From Candidatus Firestoneibacteriota bacterium (GTDB lineage: Bacteria; Oederibacteriota; D2-FULL-39-29; JBDRBU01), in contig JBDRBU010000123.1 in NCBI GenBank assembly GCA_043822305.1, positions 1 to 53,556 of the forward strand: 53,556 bases of DNA, read 5' to 3'. A program made the position numbers and the translations under genes. Below, in pieces: positions 10,178-19,117 of this stretch. The stretch's first letter is position 1. Every line of letters begins with the position of its first letter. The notes under the pieces were generated by a model. That model saw only the letters and a program-made list of their open reading frames with translations. It made no database searches and was not told the DNA's origin.

Positions 10178-10242
10178 ACAACCCCCTAACCCCCTTTATT
10201 AAGGGGGAATTAAAAATTAGAGGGCTTTCACTGAATACTTAC
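10178..10242 (+). mobile_element. Right half of GTAA-ended MITE (C/G-run hairpin + AGAGGGCTTTCACTGAATACTTAC end)
   Basis: Matches the right end of the complete copy at 29455-29666. No left end seen. Confidence 0.7.
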
Positions 10243-10274
10243 AATAGATCTGTCCCTGGTTTTTGGAGGTGGAT

Positions 10275-10496
10275 ATGAAAGAAAAAGTTGAAGCAGCATT
10301 ATCAAAGATAAGACCGTCTTTACAAGCAGATGGAGGTGGTGTTGAATTAGTAGAAGTAACTTCTGATGGTGTTGTAAAAGTGAAGTTAACAGGTGCTTGT
10401 GGTGGATGTCCGATGGCTCAGATGACATTAAAAATGGGAATAGAAAAACTTTTAAAGAAAGAAATTCCTGAAGTAAAGAGTGTTGAATCTGTTTGA
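10275..10496 (+). CDS. NifU/Nfu-family Fe-S cluster scaffold (small)
   Basis: [10 protein letters not shown]...GACGGCP motif. RBS GGAGGT before ATG 10275. Confidence 0.92.
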   Translation: MKEKVEAALSKIRPSLQADGGGVELVEVTSDGVVKVKLTGACGGCPMAQMTLKMGIEKLLKKEIPEVKSVESV

Positions 10497-10522
10497 AAAG
10501 TTTAAAAAAATAGGAGGAAATT

Positions 10523-10702
10523 ATGATAGGAAAAATTCCCAAAATAAATAAAGATTTGTGTACGGCCTGCGGTAGTTGTCTAGAAGCATGTGAACCAAAA
10601 TGTTTAGAGTTAGTTAATGATATAGCCGTATTAACAAAACAAGATTTATGTAATGGATGCGGTGCCTGTGCAGATGTTTGTCCTGTTGAAGCAATGGAAT
10701 AA
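10523..10702 (+). CDS. 2x[4Fe-4S] ferredoxin, 59 aa (not in ORF track)
   Basis: Hand translation MIGKIPKINKDLCTACGSCLEACEPKCLELVNDIAVLTKQDLCNGCGACADVCPVEAME*, with two CxxCxxCxxxC motifs. RBS AGGAGG. Confidence 0.93.
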   Translation: MIGKIPKINKDLCTACGSCLEACEPKCLELVNDIAVLTKQDLCNGCGACADVCPVEAME

Positions 10703-10754
10703 AAAGGGGTCAGAGTCAATTTCTCTTTACAATGTGTCTCTTTATAATAATAAT

Positions 10755-10780
10755 GTAGTACAGGGTCTTTAGCCCCTGCA
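10755..10780 (+). repeat. GTAG REP-like variant (GTAGTACAGGGTCTTTAGCCCCTGCA)
   Basis: Same GTAG lead and CTTTAG loop as class 1, with a different stem. Confidence 0.55.
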
Positions 10781-10797
10781 AAAACTAGGAGGTATCT

Positions 10798-11301
10798 ATG
10801 AATAATTTAGTGAAAGCGATAGTTATTGGACTTGCTGTAGGCTTGATTGGGAACTTAGTTGGGAGGGCTACATTGGACTATAATGCAACATATAATTTTC
10901 CTGGTGCCGACCAAAATAGAATCAATAAAAACTTAGATGATAATCCTAATATTCCTCCTTATCCTCATACAAATACTCTAATTGGAGGTTGTCTGGTAGG
11001 AATTATGGCTGTGGTGATTATAGGTTTGCTTGTCCATTTCTTTAAAGCAGAGGTTTTTTATATCCTGTCTGCATTAGTTGGATTTTTTGCAAGTGGATTT
11101 GTTGTGTCTCCATATCCATTTTATCCTGTTGGAACTGTTCCACCTGTTGCCTATAAGTATGTTGTTTTTGTAGTTATTCCAGGGATAATTATAGCAGTTT
11201 TGATTGCGATATTTTTAGAAAGATTTAAACCAAAAGTTGAAGAAGTTGATACCCTTGAGATGAAACAACAGGTTGATAAACAGCAGCAAAAGAAAAAATA
11301 A
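10798..11301 (+). CDS. Hypothetical membrane protein (about 4 TM)
   Basis: Four hydrophobic segments, Pro-rich loops, RBS AGGAGGT. Confidence 0.75.
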   Translation: MNNLVKAIVIGLAVGLIGNLVGRATLDYNATYNFPGADQNRINKNLDDNPNIPPYPHTNTLIGGCLVGIMAVVIIGLLVHFFKAEVFYILSALVGFFASGFVVSPYPFYPVGTVPPVAYKYVVFVVIPGIIIAVLIAIFLERFKPKVEEVDTLEMKQQVDKQQQKKK

Positions 11302-11370
11302 AAACTTGTCTCCACAGGGACATAAATAGTCAATGAAAGCCATTATCTATGAAATGTATGATAATAATTG

Positions 11371-11394
11371 GTAGTCGCAGTCTTTAGCCTGCGT
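11371..11394 (+). repeat. GTAG REP class 1 copy
   Basis: GTAGTCGCAGTCTTTAGCCTGCGT (one substitution). A degenerate MITE left end ATAAATAGTCAATGAAAGCC lies at 11322. Confidence 0.8.
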
Positions 11395-11471
11395 TAGTTT
11401 TTATTGTAAATATTAGAATATAAGGTATTTTAATATTTCACATTCCACATTCAAGGTGCGACCCTAGCCTT

Positions 11472-12854
11472 ATGCTTAAAAAAGTAATTGAGACAATAAA
11501 TAAATATTCAATGTTAAATAATGGCGACAAAGTAATAGTTGGAGTATCAGGAGGACCTGATTCAGTTGCTCTTCTTTTAATTCTGAATAAAATAAGAAAA
11601 TATTATAATCTTTCTCTTCATATTGTTCATGTTAATTACCATTTAAGAGGGCTTAAGTCAGATGGTGATGAGAGATATGTGGGAAATCTCGCAAGAAAAT
11701 TAAAAATTCCAATAACCGTTGAACAAATTAATACAAAAGAGGTTATAGGTAAAAAATCCATTCAGAAATTTGCAAGAGAAATTAGATATAAAGTTTTTGA
11801 GAAAGCCGCAAATGAAATAAAAGCAAATAAGATAGCCTTGGGACACAATTTAGATGATAATGTCGAAACAATAATTATGAGATTTATTAGGGGTTCTGGA
11901 TTAACCGGGCTATCCGGCATACCATATGTTAGACCCTGCCTTAAAGGACGGGTGCGTATAATTAGACCACTTATGAATTGTTTTAGAAAAGAAATAGATA
12001 ATTATTTAAAAAAATTAAAAGTTAATCCTCGTCTTGATAGTTCAAATTTAAAACCTGTTTATCTTAGAAATAAGATAAGATTAGAACTTATTCCTTTAAT
12101 TGAAAAAGAATATAACCCTAAGTTTAAAGAAAATCTATTTAGACTTTCTGAAATTTTAAATTATGAAGATAAATTTTTATCATTAGAAGCTTTTAATTTA
12201 TATAAAAAGTTGGTTAAAAAAACAGAATATGGATTAAAGATAAAAATAAAGGCTTTAACAAAGTTTCATCCGGCTATTATCTTAAGAATATTAAGAGAAA
12301 TCCTAAAAGACATAAAGGGTGATTTACTTGGACTAGAATATAAGCATATAGAAAGTATTATAAATATTATTTCTAATAAGGTTAAACGGGTAGAACTTCC
12401 TGGAGAAATAATAGTTGAAAAACATATAAATAATCTTGTTTTTAGAAAGAAGGTTAAAAGATATGTCATTAATAGTGTTTTGAAAATTAACAAGTCAATA
12501 AAAATAAATAATCTTGTGTTTTTTTGTAGAATTATATATAATATGTCTAAGTTTAAAAAGTTAAATAATGCTTATTTAGACTTAGATAAAATAAGTTTAC
12601 CAATTATTATAAGAAGCAGAAAGCCTGGAGATAGGTTTATTCCTTTTGGGATGAAAGGAGCTAAAAAACTACAGGATTTTTTTGTTGACGAGAAAATTTC
12701 AGAATATAAAAGAGACGGAATCCCTGTTTTTGTAGATAGTAAAAATAGGATTTTGTGGGTAGCCGGTTTAAGAATAGATAATAGGTTTAAAGTAACTTCT
12801 AATACTAAAAGAATATTGCATATCAAGAGAAAAATAAGTGGGCGCTGTCCCTAG
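11472..12854 (+). CDS. tilS: tRNA(Ile)-lysidine synthetase
   Basis: VSGGPDS PP-loop, HNLDDNVET, RNKIR, C-terminal KKLQDFFVDEKI. Confidence 0.95.
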   Translation: MLKKVIETINKYSMLNNGDKVIVGVSGGPDSVALLLILNKIRKYYNLSLHIVHVNYHLRGLKSDGDERYVGNLARKLKIPITVEQINTKEVIGKKSIQKFAREIRYKVFEKAANEIKANKIALGHNLDDNVETIIMRFIRGSGLTGLSGIPYVRPCLKGRVRIIRPLMNCFRKEIDNYLKKLKVNPRLDSSNLKPVYLRNKIRLELIPLIEKEYNPKFKENLFRLSEILNYEDKFLSLEAFNLYKKLVKKTEYGLKIKIKALTKFHPAIILRILREILKDIKGDLLGLEYKHIESIINIISNKVKRVELPGEIIVEKHINNLVFRKKVKRYVINSVLKINKSIKINNLVFFCRIIYNMSKFKKLNNAYLDLDKISLPIIIRSRKPGDRFIPFGMKGAKKLQDFFVDEKISEYKRDGIPVFVDSKNRILWVAGLRIDNRFKVTSNTKRILHIKRKISGRCP

Positions 12855-12867
12855 TTTGGAGGATTAT

Positions 12868-13830
12868 ATGAGCAAGGAAGAAAGTGCTTTTTATTTGCAG
12901 CAAATGATGGAAATTAGACAATTTGAAGATAAAATTATGGACTTATTAGCCCAAAATATATCCGAAGGTGGATCGCATCTTTATGCCGGAGAAGAAGCTA
13001 TTGCCGTTGGAGCCATGGCCGCCATTAGAAAAGATGATTACATTACAAGCACTCATCGTGGACATGGTCATTGTATTGCCAAGGGAGGTAATCTAAGGGA
13101 ATTAATGGCAGAAATACTTGGTAAATCTACTGGTTGTTGTAAAGGCAAGGGTGGTTCTCTTCATCTGGCTGATTTATCTACAGGTAACCTTGGAGCTAAT
13201 GGAGTAGTTGGTGGAGGATTTGGTATTGCTACTGGTGCTGGGCTTTCGATTAAAATGCGCAAAACAAATCAAGTAGTGCTTTGTTTCTTTGGTGATGGTG
13301 CGACTAATCAAGGGTTGTTTCATGAATGTCTTAATATGGCTGGAACCTGGAAATTACCGGTTGTTTATATTTGTGAAAATAATTTATATGGAATGTCTGT
13401 GTCTGTAAAAAGAGCATCAGCTGTTACTGATTTAACTAAAAGATCTGTTAGTTATAATATGCCTTCTTCTTCTGTTGACGGGATGGATATTTTAGCTGTA
13501 AAAGATGTTGTGGCCAAGTATGTAAAGTATGCTCGTGAAGGTAATGGTTCAAGTTTAATCGTAGCTGAAACTTATCGTTACTATGGTCATTCAAGGAGTG
13601 ACCCAAGGATGTATAGAACAAAAGAAGAAGAAAAGCTTTGGCATGATAAGGACCCAATAAAACTTTTTTCTAAGAAATGCATTGATAATGGTATTTTAAC
13701 CAAGCAAGAAGTAGACAATATTGATAAAAAGGTTCAACAGGAAATTGAAGAAGCAACAAAATTTGCTATTGAAAGTCCTTTACCAAAGGCAGAAGAGTTA
13801 TACGAAGATTTATTTTGTGAGAAGGAGTGA
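12868..13830 (+). CDS. pdhA: Pyruvate/acetoin dehydrogenase E1 alpha (TPP-dependent; substrate uncertain, AcoA-like)
   Basis: STHRGHGH, GDGATNQG...ENN TPP motif, YRYYGHSRSDP. RBS GGAGG before ATG 12868. Confidence 0.85.
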   Translation: MSKEESAFYLQQMMEIRQFEDKIMDLLAQNISEGGSHLYAGEEAIAVGAMAAIRKDDYITSTHRGHGHCIAKGGNLRELMAEILGKSTGCCKGKGGSLHLADLSTGNLGANGVVGGGFGIATGAGLSIKMRKTNQVVLCFFGDGATNQGLFHECLNMAGTWKLPVVYICENNLYGMSVSVKRASAVTDLTKRSVSYNMPSSSVDGMDILAVKDVVAKYVKYAREGNGSSLIVAETYRYYGHSRSDPRMYRTKEEEKLWHDKDPIKLFSKKCIDNGILTKQEVDNIDKKVQQEIEEATKFAIESPLPKAEELYEDLFCEKE

Positions 13831-13832
13831 TT

Positions 13833-14807
13833 ATGAGAGAAATATATTACTGGCAGGCAATTAATGAAGCATTAGCCGAAGAAATGCAAAGAGATCCAAC
13901 GGTATTTATTATGGGAGAAGATGTTGCTATTTATGGTGGTGCATATGCTGTGACCAGAGGTTTATATGAAAAGTTTGGCGAGGAAAGAGTTAGAGATACG
14001 GCTATCTCAGAAGCGGCTATAGTTGGAGCTGGGCTTGGTGCGGCTATGACAGGTATGCGTCCAATTGTTGAAATAATGTATGTTGATTTTATGGGAATAG
14101 CCATGGATCAGTTAAATAATCAGGTAGCTAAAATACGCTATATGTTCGGTGGTAAAATAAAAGTTCCTCTGGTCATAAGAACTGAGGGTGGAGCCGGTAG
14201 AACTTTAGGTGCTCATCATTCACAAAGTCTTGAGTCCTGGTTCGTGCATATTCCTGGAATTAAAGTAATCATGCCATCTACTCCATATGATGCTAAAGGT
14301 TTACTTAAATCAGCCATAAGGGAAGATAATCCGATTGTTTATATTGAACATAAGATGCTTTACAATACCAAGGGAGCCGTTCCAGAGGGTGAATATACTA
14401 TTCCCATTGGAAAGGCAGATATAAAAAAGGTTGGGGATGATGTGACCATAATTGCTTATTCAAGAATGGCGCTTTATGCCATGGAGGCCGGGGAGGAACT
14501 TAAAAAGCAGGATATAAGTGCTGAGATTATTGACCCCAGAACACTTTCACCTTTAGATATAAATACAATAGTTGAGTCTGTAAAAAAAACTCATCATGTA
14601 GTCATAGTTCATGAAGCATGTAAGACTGGTGGTGTGGCTGGTGAGATAGGTATGCAAATAATGGAAAGAGCATTTGATTATCTTGATGCACCTATAGTTC
14701 GTGTTTGTGGTGCAGATGTTCCCATGCCTAAAGCACCTAATTTAGAAAAGATAGCTATTCCAAGTAAGGAATCTATTGTTAATGCAGTCAAGGAGATTTT
14801 ACAATGA
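13833..14807 (+). CDS. pdhB: Pyruvate/acetoin dehydrogenase E1 beta
   Basis: GEDV, DTAISE, HHSQSLE, YLDAP. Confidence 0.85.
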   Translation: MREIYYWQAINEALAEEMQRDPTVFIMGEDVAIYGGAYAVTRGLYEKFGEERVRDTAISEAAIVGAGLGAAMTGMRPIVEIMYVDFMGIAMDQLNNQVAKIRYMFGGKIKVPLVIRTEGGAGRTLGAHHSQSLESWFVHIPGIKVIMPSTPYDAKGLLKSAIREDNPIVYIEHKMLYNTKGAVPEGEYTIPIGKADIKKVGDDVTIIAYSRMALYAMEAGEELKKQDISAEIIDPRTLSPLDINTIVESVKKTHHVVIVHEACKTGGVAGEIGMQIMERAFDYLDAPIVRVCGADVPMPKAPNLEKIAIPSKESIVNAVKEILQ

Positions 14808-15973
14808 TTACAAAAGTGATTATGCCAAAATTAGGCGAGACCATGGAAGAAGGTGTAATAGGAAAATTGTTTAAAAAAGAAGGAGATAAAATAGAAAAAG
14901 GAGAAATAATTTTTGAGTTAACTACGGATAAAGCTGTTTTTGAAGTTGAAGCATCTAAAAGTGGAGTGATTAGAAAATTGTTAGCCAAAGAAGGAGATAC
15001 TGTTAAAGTTATTGAACCCGTTGCGTATATATCAGATTCTATGGATGAATCTTTACCTGTAGAAGAAAAGAAAGAAGAAATACAGGAAACACTAATTATA
15101 GAGAAAAAGCCGGAAGTTGCCAAATCTATTAGTCTGGCTGATAGAAAAGTAAATGCATCTCCATTAGCCAAAAGGTTAGCCAAAGAAAAAGGTATTGACA
15201 TTACTTTAGTTAAAGGGTCTGGACCAAACGGTAGAATTCTTGAAAAAGATGTGCTTAATTTTAAACCTGAAAGTGTGTCACAACAAGGAATCGTAAAGGT
15301 TATTTCTCTTTCTAATATGCGAAAAATAATAGCCCAGAGGCTTTCTAAGAGCAAACAAGAAGCCCCACATTATTACATACAGATGGAAATAAACATGACA
15401 GAGGTTTCTAATCTTCGTAAAAGTGTACTTGCAAAAATAGAAAAAGAGGTTGGCGTAAGACTTTCTTTTAATGATTTTGTGATTTATGCAGTCGCTAAAG
15501 CTTTAAAAGATTTTCCGCTCTTAAATTCTCATTTTGTAAATGAGGAAATAATACAATTTACAGATTGTAATATTGGTCTGGCCGTAAGTTTAGATGATGG
15601 ATTAGTTGTTCCGGTTATAAAACAAGCAGACAAAAAATCAGTTATTGAAATAGCAAAAGAATCAAAATCATTAATAAGTAAAGCGGTGGACAATAATCTT
15701 TCATTAGACGATATTTCTCATGGTACATTTACTGTTTCAAATATGGGAATGTTAAAAGTAGATTCATTTACGGCTATTATTAATCCCCCTCAGGTTGGAA
15801 TACTCGCCATAGGTCAAATAAAACCAACCCCAGTAGTTTTAGATGATAAAATTGTTTCAAGGTTAATGATGAAAGTAACACTTTCTGCGGATCATAGAGT
15901 CATAGATGGAGCATATGCCGCTAAGTTTTTAAACAAACTTAATGAAATTCTTCAAAAACCTTCTTTATCATAG
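14804..15973 (+). CDS. pdhC: Dihydrolipoamide acyltransferase E2
   Basis: Lipoyl TDKA, E3-binding ASPLAKRLA...GSGPNGRI, catalytic DHRVIDG. Confidence 0.9.
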   Translation: MITKVIMPKLGETMEEGVIGKLFKKEGDKIEKGEIIFELTTDKAVFEVEASKSGVIRKLLAKEGDTVKVIEPVAYISDSMDESLPVEEKKEEIQETLIIEKKPEVAKSISLADRKVNASPLAKRLAKEKGIDITLVKGSGPNGRILEKDVLNFKPESVSQQGIVKVISLSNMRKIIAQRLSKSKQEAPHYYIQMEINMTEVSNLRKSVLAKIEKEVGVRLSFNDFVIYAVAKALKDFPLLNSHFVNEEIIQFTDCNIGLAVSLDDGLVVPVIKQADKKSVIEIAKESKSLISKAVDNNLSLDDISHGTFTVSNMGMLKVDSFTAIINPPQVGILAIGQIKPTPVVLDDKIVSRLMMKVTLSADHRVIDGAYAAKFLNKLNEILQKPSLS

Positions 15974-15980
15974 GGAAAAA

Positions 15981-17744
15981 ATGAAAAAAGTATTATTTTT
16001 AGGATTAACGATTTTATTAGGGAGTTATATTATAGTTATGGGAGAGGAAATTTCTGTAACAAAAGGTTATGGCAATTTGCCATTATATTTTATTGAAAAT
16101 CAAGGACAAGCAGATAAAGATATAAGTTATTATGCAAAGATATCAAAACAAGATATATATCTTGCATCCGAGCGAATTATATTTAGTAGTTATGTAGAAG
16201 AGAAAAAAAGTGAGTTTTCTTTAAATTTTATCGGAGCAAATAAAAAGGTAAAAATAGGTGGTGAAAATAAACAAGAAGGTAAGGTGAATTATTTTGTAGG
16301 AAAAGATACAAGTAAATGGCGAAGAGATATATCAACCTATAAAGAAGTAGTATATCATTCAATCTATCCTAATATAGATTTAAAGTTATATGGTAATGGT
16401 AAATATTTAGAATATGAGTTTATAATCGGAGCAAATGCTGATATAAATGTAATTAAATTAGAGTTTAAAGGGATAGAAAATTTAAAGATAAATAATGAAG
16501 GGGACCTTGTAATAAGCACGGATTTAGGTGAAATAATAGATTCCAAGCCATATATTTATCAAATAATAAGAGAAGAAAAGAAAGAAATAACAGGGAGTTA
16601 TTGTCTTTTGAGTGATAATTCATATAGTTTCAAATTAGGGAAAGAATATAATCCGGAATATCCTGTAGTTATTGATCCTGTTTTAACTTATTCTACCTAT
16701 TTTGGAGGAAGTAGCGATGATTATGGTCGTGGTATTGCAGTTGATAGTTCAGGGAATATATATATTACAGGGAATATCGGATCTACTAATTTTCCTGTTC
16801 AGAGTGCATATCAGGGAACAAATGCAGGAGGTTATGATGCATTTATAACAAAGATAAATGCAACAGGTGATGCTTTAATTTATTCTACCTATCTTGGTGG
16901 AAGTGGTTTTGATTATGGTTCTAGTATTGCAGTTGATAGTTCAAGAAATGTATATATTACAGGGTGGACTACTTCTACTAATTTTCCTGTTCAGAATGCA
17001 TATCAGGGAGCATATGGAGGAGGTTATGATGCATTTATAACAAAGATAAATGCATCAGGTAATGCTTTAATTTATTCTACCTATCTTGGTGGAAATAATT
17101 GGGATTATGGTTATGGTATTGCAATTGATAGTTCAGAGAATGCATATGTTACAGGGTTTACTAAATCTACTAATTTTCCTGTTTGGGATGCATATCAAAG
17201 AACATATGCAGGAGGAAGTTGCGATGCATTTATAACAAAGATAAATGCATCAGGTAATGCTTTAACTTATTCTACCTATCTTGGTGGAAGTGATGATGAG
17301 AGTGGTTCTAGTATTGCAGTTGATAATTCAGGAAATGCATATGTTACAGGGTTTACTAAATCTACTAATTTTCCTGTTCGGGATGTATATCAAGGAACAA
17401 ATGCAGGAGATTATGATGTATTTATAACAAAGATTAATTCACCAATAGTAATTGATTTACCTGCGAATTTAAATAATGTGAAAATATATCCCAATCCATT
17501 TAATCCAATGACTGCATATGAAAGGTCTTTAAAAATGATAAATTTACCTTCTAATAGCACGGTGAGTATATATAATGTTGAAGGTGTTTTAATAATGACA
17601 TTAACAGATTATGGGAATGTTGGTTCTGTTCATTGGGATGGTAAAAATAATAACGGTGAATTAGTTAGCCGTGGAGTATATATTTATTTAATACAAGATG
17701 ATAAAGGTAATAAATTAACCGGGAAAATAGCGATAATATATTAA
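15981..17744 (+). CDS. Secreted SBBP (beta-propeller) repeat protein with FlgD-Ig/T9SS-type CTD
   Basis: Signal peptide, FIENQGQ N-domain, four YSTYLGG...GIAVD..GN.Y.TG repeats, CTD YPNPFNP...WDGKNNNGELVSRGVYIY. Confidence 0.85.
   Translation: MKKVLFLGLTILLGSYIIVMGEEISVTKGYGNLPLYFIENQGQADKDISYYAKISKQDIYLASERIIFSSYVEEKKSEFSLNFIGANKKVKIGGENKQEGKVNYFVGKDTSKWRRDISTYKEVVYHSIYPNIDLKLYGNGKYLEYEFIIGANADINVIKLEFKGIENLKINNEGDLVISTDLGEIIDSKPYIYQIIREEKKEITGSYCLLSDNSYSFKLGKEYNPEYPVVIDPVLTYSTYFGGSSDDYGRGIAVDSSGNIYITGNIGSTNFPVQSAYQGTNAGGYDAFITKINATGDALIYSTYLGGSGFDYGSSIAVDSSRNVYITGWTTSTNFPVQNAYQGAYGGGYDAFITKINASGNALIYSTYLGGNNWDYGYGIAIDSSENAYVTGFTKSTNFPVWDAYQRTYAGGSCDAFITKINASGNALTYSTYLGGSDDESGSSIAVDNSGNAYVTGFTKSTNFPVRDVYQGTNAGDYDVFITKINSPIVIDLPANLNNVKIYPNPFNPMTAYERSLKMINLPSNSTVSIYNVEGVLIMTLTDYGNVGSVHWDGKNNNGELVSRGVYIYLIQDDKGNKLTGKIAIIY
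16688..17440 (+). repeat. Intragenic tandem repeat, 4 units of about 192-195 bp
   Basis: TTATTCTACCTAT recurs at 16688, 16880, 17072 and 17267, with long identical stretches between units. Confidence 0.85.
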
Positions 17745-17768
17745 AAAAATGGGATATGTCCTTATTAG

Positions 17769-18926
17769 ATGAAAAAATTAATTCAATTTGGTGCAGGTAA
17801 CATAGGACGAGGTTTTATTGCTCAACTTTTTACGGAATCTGGTTATGAAGTAGTTTTTGTTGATATTAACGAAATATTAGTTAATGAGTTGAACAAAAAC
17901 AAAGGGTATGTCCTGGAAATAGTTGGGAATAAAAACAGAAAAGTTAATATAAAAAATGTCCGTGCAGTTAATGGTAGGGATATTAAGGCAATATCTAATG
18001 AAATTTTAACTGCGGATATAATGGCTACTTCGGTTGGCGTTAATATAATAAAGAATATTTGTCCGACCATAGCCGAAGGAATAAAAGTTCGAGCTGAAAA
18101 CAATATTAAATCCCCTCTTAATATTATTATATGTGAAAATTTACTGCATGCTGGTAAAATCATGAAAGGATATATTGAAACCGTATTAGATAAGAAGTAT
18201 TTATCCTATCTTAATCAATATACAGGATTTGTTGAAACTGTTATTGGCCGTATGATTCCGGTTGTTCCCAAAGAAATAAGAGAAAAAGATCCTTTGTATA
18301 TTATGGCCGAGGAATTTAGTATATTACCCGTAGCCAAAAAAGGTTTTGTTGGATTAATACCAACTATTAAAAATATGATAGCGTGTGATAATTTTGAATC
18401 TTACGAAGAAAGGAAATTATTTATACATAATCTTGGGCATGCTATATGTGCTTATCTTGGGTATTTAAAGGGGTATGATTATATTTGGCAGTCTATCGGT
18501 GATAAAGATATTAGAAAGATTGTCCAAGGGGCGTTAAATGAAACGGGGGCATCTATAATAAAAAAACATAATTTAATAAAAAAGGAAGTAGATGATTATA
18601 TAGATGATTTATTGGATAGATTTTCTAATAAAAGTTTAGGCGATACCGTTTACAGGGTAGGAAGGGATCCAGTAAGAAAATTAGGACCAAATGATCGCTT
18701 AATTGGTTCAGCCCGGTTAGTTATGGAAAATGGAATTAAACCGGAAAATATTTCAACAGGGATAGCAGCAGCTTTACATTATGATTATAAAGAAGATGAA
18801 CAAGCCGTAAGATTAGCTGAACTTATTAAATCGCAGGGTCCTTTAGCCGTGCTTTTAAGTATTTCAAAACTTAAAGAAGATGATGATTTAACAAAAATAA
18901 TTATAAGTAAATACCGCAGGCTGTGA
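17769..18926 (+). CDS. mtlD: Mannitol-1-phosphate 5-dehydrogenase family protein
   Basis: QFGAGNIGRGF, ICEN, ERKLFIHNLGHA, RVGRDPVRKLGPNDRL. Confidence 0.85.
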   Translation: MKKLIQFGAGNIGRGFIAQLFTESGYEVVFVDINEILVNELNKNKGYVLEIVGNKNRKVNIKNVRAVNGRDIKAISNEILTADIMATSVGVNIIKNICPTIAEGIKVRAENNIKSPLNIIICENLLHAGKIMKGYIETVLDKKYLSYLNQYTGFVETVIGRMIPVVPKEIREKDPLYIMAEEFSILPVAKKGFVGLIPTIKNMIACDNFESYEERKLFIHNLGHAICAYLGYLKGYDYIWQSIGDKDIRKIVQGALNETGASIIKKHNLIKKEVDDYIDDLLDRFSNKSLGDTVYRVGRDPVRKLGPNDRLIGSARLVMENGIKPENISTGIAAALHYDYKEDEQAVRLAELIKSQGPLAVLLSISKLKEDDDLTKIIISKYRRL

Positions 18927-18994
18927 TACCAAAAAACATTAAAAAGAGGGTGAATGTATGAAAAGAACAACCCCCTGGCCCCCTTTAATAAGGG

Positions 18995-19081
18995 GTAAAT
19001 AGTCAGTGAAAGCCGTGAGGATTGTATTCCCCCTTTATTAAGGGGGAATTAAAAAATAGAGGGCTTTCGCTGGATACTTGC
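18995..19081 (+). mobile_element. GTAA-ended MITE (87 bp) inserted into a C/G-run hairpin repeat, 8-bp target duplication AATAAGGG
   Basis: Ends GTAAATAGTCAGTGAAAGCC / GGGCTTTCGCTGGATACTTGC. Direct repeats at 18987-18994 and 19082-19089. Confidence 0.85.
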
Positions 19082-19117
19082 AATAAGGGGGAACAAATAA
19101 AGTAGTAGGAGGAGAAA

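Noticed and set aside
10228..10719. 163-aa minus-strand ORF
   Set aside because: It is antisense to the nfu and ferredoxin genes, which have clear motifs and RBSs.
16688..17440. SBBP repeats as a diversity-generating retroelement TR/VR pair
   Set aside because: All units are in-frame coding repeats, differences are not limited to adenines, and there is no reverse transcriptase in the window.
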